From the IMG/VR virus record IMGVR_UViG_2663762849_000002: a DNA stretch of 7,927 nt. The stretch is one strand, 5' to 3'. How positions within the stretch are numbered: position 1 is the stretch's first letter; each line of letters begins with the position of its first letter. The notes under the pieces are model-generated. The model searched no databases. It saw nothing but the letters and a program-made list of their open reading frames with translations, and was not told the DNA's origin. This document shows, piece after piece, positions 1 through 7,927 of this stretch. Origin of the DNA: a virus (lineage: Monodnaviria; Loebvirae; Hofneiviricota; Faserviricetes; Tubulavirales). The position numbers and the translations under genes are program-made.

Positions 1-181
1 CCATCATCGCGCCGCCAACGCCCTGTAACGCGCGTGCCAGCAACAGTTCGTTCAGCGTGCCGGAAAGCGCGCAAAACAGTGAACAGAGAGTAAACAGCAC
101 GATGGCGGTAAAGAAAATATTGCGCACGCCGACTTTGTCCGCCAGCGGACCAGTAAAGCTCCCCGTCCTGTACGCCAGAAT
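1..181 (-). pseudogene. MFS transporter gene fragment; runs off the window at its 3' end and is cut off at its 5' side by an in-frame TGA at 182-184
   Basis: Minus-strand frame translates to ...[70 protein letters not shown] matches MFS motif A (G-x-L-a-D-r-x-G-r) in the TM2-TM3 loop and is followed by a hydrophobic helix. The ~60 N-terminal residues expected upstream are absent; that DNA is phage sequence. Confidence 0.5.
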
Positions 182-213
182 TCAGTGCGGATAAAACACC
201 GCTGAAATCAAAT

Positions 214-354
214 TCAGTCATAATAACGCTGAACAGTAATGCTTTGTGAGTCACAGGCGCGAATCAGTTTTATTCCGATGCCAAAACCTGAAGAAAATAA
301 AATCATTGCAGGCGCAGCAAATAAAACAAAGTTCAGAAAATCAGCGTCAGACAT
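214..354 (-). CDS. small coat-like protein, 46 aa (pVII-like by position and sequence)
   Basis: Internal ATG at 354..352 of the 214..408 ORF, 4 nt after the stop of the upstream 141-aa gene; weak AAGG SD. MSDADFLNFVLFAAPAMILFSSGFGIGIKLIR... has an acidic N-terminus, one hydrophobic helix and a basic tail, and resembles M13 pVII (MEQVADFDTIYQAMIQISVVLCFALGIIAGGQR, recalled). The C-terminal 14 aa may be junction-derived. Confidence 0.45.
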   Translation of the reverse strand: MSDADFLNFVLFAAPAMILFSSGFGIGIKLIRACDSQSITVQRYYD

Positions 355-358
355 ATCA

Positions 359-784
359 TCAGCCTTTTTCTTTACCTGCGGGCAGTGCACCCAGCGGCTG
401 ACCGTCAAAACGTTTCATGGAGCCTGAAATAAAACGATACCAGACACCATGACGTTCTGAGCCTGTCGCCCATGAGTTAACATCCACCGTGAGATAAACA
501 GGTTTGCCCTGCAAATCAGGACATGAATTAAAAAATTTAAAATCCTCCTCAGTACAGGAAAAGCGCTCATGCTCCTCACGGCGGACTTTTAATTTTCGGT
601 CTTCATACGGATAGGCAATAACAAGGGCATATTTGGGTTTAGCCTCAGGGTTATAATGAGAACCCGTGGGTTTTACCTCCTCATCATTTATGACAGTGGC
701 GTGAATAAAATATCCCGCCATTGTCATGCCTGAGGTAAAACCCTCAGGGGAAGGAAACGGAAAACTGTCGTAAATTTGATTCAT
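359..784 (-). CDS. hypothetical protein, 141 aa; candidate ssDNA-binding protein (gV analogue) by synteny only
   Basis: Strong SD GAGGAG 8 nt upstream of ATG at 784..782; lies immediately after Rep and before the small coat-like ORF, as gV does in Ff. No motif I can recognise. Confidence 0.7.
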   Translation of the reverse strand: MNQIYDSFPFPSPEGFTSGMTMAGYFIHATVINDEEVKPTGSHYNPEAKPKYALVIAYPYEDRKLKVRREEHERFSCTEEDFKFFNSCPDLQGKPVYLTVDVNSWATGSERHGVWYRFISGSMKRFDGQPLGALPAGKEKG

Positions 785-814
785 AAATCAGACTCCTCAA
801 TGTTAAAAATTCAG

Positions 815-2929
<2,115 letters not shown>

Positions 2930-2962
2930 TTAAACTAAGCCAAAAGAACAGGAGAACAAAAA

Positions 2963-3151
2963 ATGAGCAGGAAAAGTATTGGTATAAGCAACGAGAGATA
3001 TCTGAGAATAGAAAGAGCAGCCGTAGATATCACAGCCAAAACAGGAAAAGTCACAAAATGGTCGGAGATCGTGAATTATCTGATAGATGAATATTTAAAC
3101 GATGCAAAACAAGATATGATTTCGAAAAATGAAATTACACAAAAAAAATAG
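2963..3151 (+). CDS. small DNA-binding regulator, 62 aa, probably ribbon-helix-helix
   Basis: SD AGGAGA 2950-2955, 7 nt before ATG 2963. KSIGISNERYLRIERAAVDITAKTGKVTKWSEIVNYLIDEY fits a beta-strand/helix/helix RHH pattern. Divergent from Rep across the repeat array, as rstR is from rstA in CTXphi. Confidence 0.6.
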   Translation: MSRKSIGISNERYLRIERAAVDITAKTGKVTKWSEIVNYLIDEYLNDAKQDMISKNEITQKK

Positions 3152-3242
3152 TAATCACAAAACGATTTGGCGATTGCTAGAAGAGCAAAAAGTACCACCC
3201 GTGGTACAAAAGTGCAGTATTACATGATTGCTAAAAAGCAAT

Positions 3243-3398
3243 ATGCAGACAACCAGTGACTTAATTCTTGACCTGCTGATAAAGCATTTTGTTGTTGGCA
3301 GCATCACAGGCATGACAATATTCAGCCTGATAACGCTTGTCCTACCGTTGGTGATGACCATACACAACAAACTAAGTAAGGACACTGAAATCCTTTAA
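3243..3398 (+). CDS. possible small hydrophobic membrane peptide, 51 aa
   Basis: ATG 3243 to TAA 3396-3398, below the 60-aa cutoff of the ORF track. MQTTSDLILDLLIKHFVVGSITGMTIFSLITLVLPLVMTIHNKLSKDTEIL has one predicted TM helix. Weak SD; preceded by perfect palindrome gtaccac-cc-gtggtac (3192-3207) and followed by the terminator at 3432-3468. Confidence 0.25.
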   Translation: MQTTSDLILDLLIKHFVVGSITGMTIFSLITLVLPLVMTIHNKLSKDTEIL

Positions 3399-3431
3399 GG
3401 TTCAGTGCGCACAATGACGTTATGTATAAAA

Positions 3432-3468
3432 AGGCCGCTGCGGTGGAGAGTATCGCAGCGGCCTTTTC
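3432..3468. terminator. bidirectional rho-independent terminator
   Basis: Perfect 11-bp stem aggccgctgcg / cgcagcggcct with 11-nt loop, flanked by aaaaa (3427-3431) and tttt (3465-3468), so it reads as stem plus U-run on both strands. Confidence 0.75.
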
Positions 3469-3550
3469 AACATAACGCGTGTCACATTATGCGCACTGAC
3501 GTTGTGGTAGGTAAACTGAGATGCCGCGTCCTGATAATCCCGGTCGGCAC

Positions 3551-4125
<575 letters not shown>

Positions 4126-4182
4126 GTTAATCAATCTCATCATGTTATACCGTTAAGTGCTGTTTTTCAGTCATGAAGATAT

Positions 4183-4916
<734 letters not shown>

Positions 4917-4929
4917 AGTGTCCTCTGTC

Positions 4930-6144
<1,215 letters not shown>

Positions 6145-6157
6145 TTACCCCGCAAAA

Positions 6158-6517
6158 TTACTTGCCAACATTAAGCCCATTTGATTTAAATAAATCATAA
6201 ACCAATCGATACACTCTATCCTTATAAAGATATATGTATGAAATAAATTGAACATGGAGGATGATATTAAAGCAGTACTGAATATTTAAAGGCAGGTAAC
6301 TGAATGCAACTACAATAACATCGAGTTTATTAACATCGGAGATTTGACGAATAATAAAATTGACGGCAGATACAAGAGCATAATATGAAGTGTAGCAAAG
6401 ACCAAGATAAGAAAGGAGCTTAGCCCATGCAACAGCTTTATCACCGATAACTCCTGCAATGAAACGTAGTGATTTTAAAACAACATCAACAAAAAAAGCA
6501 CCTAAAATGGCCCACAT
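6158..6517 (-). CDS. pVI-like minor coat protein, 119 aa
   Basis: Hydrophobic multi-helix protein between pIII and pI, the position and size of Ff pVI (112 aa). Start ATG overlaps the pIII stop (TGATG), suggesting translational coupling. Sequence similarity to M13 pVI is weak. Confidence 0.7.
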   Translation of the reverse strand: MWAILGAFFVDVVLKSLRFIAGVIGDKAVAWAKLLSYLGLCYTSYYALVSAVNFIIRQISDVNKLDVIVVAFSYLPLNIQYCFNIILHVQFISYIYLYKDRVYRLVYDLFKSNGLNVGK

Positions 6518-7794
6518 CAGAGTTTTACCTCACGTTCAAATAATGTACGGCGAGAAATAACAAAAACGCGTAACATGGTTATCATATAAATAGCATATTC
6601 AAGAACAGAACGAACATAATCGTCATAAGCTTTTGCAAAATGGCTTGTATCAATCTTGAAATTAATCGCGCCAATCAACGGAAGATTAAAGCTAAACTGT
6701 AAAGTAAAAGGAAGAGCAGTTCCATTATTTGTATTTACCAGTTTGTCAATATTAACTGTAAGCCAATTGTTATTATCATGACTCTCACTTCCCTGTCCTG
6801 GCAAATAATGCGAAAGCTCCCCTAAAGGGAAATCCCCATCAGGCAAAGAAGAAGCTATATTCTGACTAATATCTTTAATACCATTGTCCAGTGAATTTAA
6901 TGCATTATTCATATCAGCCTGAGAAACAGAAAAAGCATTATTTAAATCATTCACTGACACCCATATTGTTTTTAACCAGCCCAAAATACCATCAAGCCAG
7001 CCATTGTCATCGCCGGATGAGCCACCGGATCCTGAACCTGAACTACCGCTACCGGATGAACCGCCGGAGCCCGAGCCGGAGCCACCGCTACCGGATGAAC
7101 CACCGGAGCCAGAACCTGAACCACCACCGGAACTGCCGCCGCCTGGGTTACCACCACCGGAACTGCCACCACCTGAGCTACCGCCATCCTCCTTACCATC
7201 GGAGAATGCAGGATCTACAGCAACTGGTTTCCAGTCGGCAGTACAAACTGTATCATCATCGGGATTACAAATAAGAGGATTACCGGTTGCCTCATAAATA
7301 CACCCCTGCACATTAACATAACGGGTCCCGTCATCACCTTTATAAACATCAGAAAAAGTCATACCATCAAGAACCGGACGAGAAAGACAAATCTCGTCAG
7401 TTGGCGGCTTATTATATTCAGGTGTCAAATCCCCCTCACCACCCTGAAAAGCAAGGGAGCAGGCTGTCCACTTTTGCTTGTCTGAATCCCAGACTTTATA
7501 TGCTGACCACCGGGCACGGACAAAAGACCCGACAGTCGAAGGTGCATTAACAGGCGTTGAAAGTGGCACACCACAATAATGAATTATTCCGGAACATGCG
7601 TCATAACTGCCCGAACCACAGAAAAGATGACCGGACGCCCTGGCTAATTTAATCGACGTCCCCGCGTCCGAATAATCTGTCCTGCAGGATGAATGGCCTG
7701 CACACTGAACAAGTGCATCCGGATTTTCTTTCTCTTCAGCGAAAGAAAACGAGGAAAAGAACAAAAACAGAAGCGGAATAATAAAGTGAATCAA
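6517..7794 (-). CDS. pIII-like adsorption/attachment protein
   Basis: Signal peptide (M)IHFIIPLLFLFFSSFSFA, Cys-rich N-terminal domains, long Gly/Ser linker, C-terminal membrane anchor. The frame is open to GTG 7803 but the AGGAG SD at 7807..7803 overlaps that codon, so TTG 7794..7792 (8-nt spacer) is taken as the start. Confidence 0.85.
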   Translation of the reverse strand: MIHFIIPLLFLFFSSFSFAEEKENPDALVQCAGHSSCRTDYSDAGTSIKLARASGHLFCGSGSYDACSGIIHYCGVPLSTPVNAPSTVGSFVRARWSAYKVWDSDKQKWTACSLAFQGGEGDLTPEYNKPPTDEICLSRPVLDGMTFSDVYKGDDGTRYVNVQGCIYEATGNPLICNPDDDTVCTADWKPVAVDPAFSDGKEDGGSSGGGSSGGGNPGGGSSGGGSGSGSGGSSGSGGSGSGSGGSSGSGSSGSGSGGSSGDDNGWLDGILGWLKTIWVSVNDLNNAFSVSQADMNNALNSLDNGIKDISQNIASSLPDGDFPLGELSHYLPGQGSESHDNNNWLTVNIDKLVNTNNGTALPFTLQFSFNLPLIGAINFKIDTSHFAKAYDDYVRSVLEYAIYMITMLRVFVISRRTLFEREVKL

Positions 7795-7814
7795 ACAAAA
7801 CACTCCTGGTATGA

Positions 7815-7839
7815 TTAAAAAAGCGCCCCGGAGGGCGCT
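7815..7839 (-). terminator. rho-independent terminator between the coat-like gene and pIII
   Basis: On the minus strand: 7-bp stem AGCGCCC / GGGCGCU with a 4-nt loop, then UUUUUUAAUCAU. Same position as the terminator after gene VIII in Ff phages. Confidence 0.7.
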
Positions 7840-7854
7840 GTCATTAAATAACTA

Positions 7855-7927
7855 TCAGGTTGCGCGGGAAAGGAAGCCTTTAATGATACCGATACCCAGA
7901 CGGGCAGCGAGTGAAACACCAAGAACG
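7855..7927 (-). CDS. major-coat-like protein (pVIII-like), C-terminal 23 codons plus stop; 5' end outside window
   Basis: Minus frame gives ...VLGVSLAARLGIGIIKGFLSRAT*, a hydrophobic helix with a short basic tail, comparable to the M13 pVIII C-terminus (...IGIKLFKKFTSKAS, recalled); sits directly upstream of the terminator and pIII. Confidence 0.5.
   Translation of the reverse strand, partial: VLGVSLAARLGIGIIKGFLSRAT

Noticed and set aside
182-260. dif/XerCD-type attachment site at the left junction
   Set aside because: Nothing resembling the E. coli dif core (GGTGCGCATAA-TGTATA-TTATGTTAAAT) was seen by eye; an integration mechanism cannot be called from this window.
214-408. Full 64-aa version of the 214..408 ORF
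   Set aside because: Its first 50 nt overlap the end of the 141-aa gene; the internal ATG at 354 gives a pVII-like N-terminus.
6891-7297. ORFs 6891..7274(+), 7004..7297(+), 6972..7199(-)
   Set aside because: Alternative frames of the pIII Gly/Ser linker DNA (Pro/Glu- or His/Arg-rich translations).

Overview
Most of this window (about 182 to 7927) is an Ff-like filamentous phage (Inovirus) prophage segment, with its genes on the minus strand. From right to left: the 3' end of a major-coat-like gene, an Ff-style terminator, pIII (adsorption protein with a Gly/Ser linker), pVI, and pI (Zot-like assembly NTPase). Where Ff phages carry the pIV secretin there is instead a repeat-rich region: three tandem 145-bp units that duplicate the start and signal peptide of a small secreted-protein ORF, and 2.2 tandem ~339-bp units whose 5' segment resembles the ColE1/pMB1 primosome-assembly-site region as I recall it. 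Next come a strong bidirectional terminator, a divergent plus-strand cassette (small RHH-like regulator and a possible 51-aa membrane peptide), an operator region with 8-bp-phased TGCA repeats, a P2 gpA-family rolling-circle Rep, a 141-aa protein at the gV position and a 46-aa coat-like ORF. The leftmost ~180 bp encode an MFS transporter fragment that lacks its N-terminus, which marks an insertion junction. All calls rest on reading the sequence and on protein motifs recalled from memory; no database search was run.
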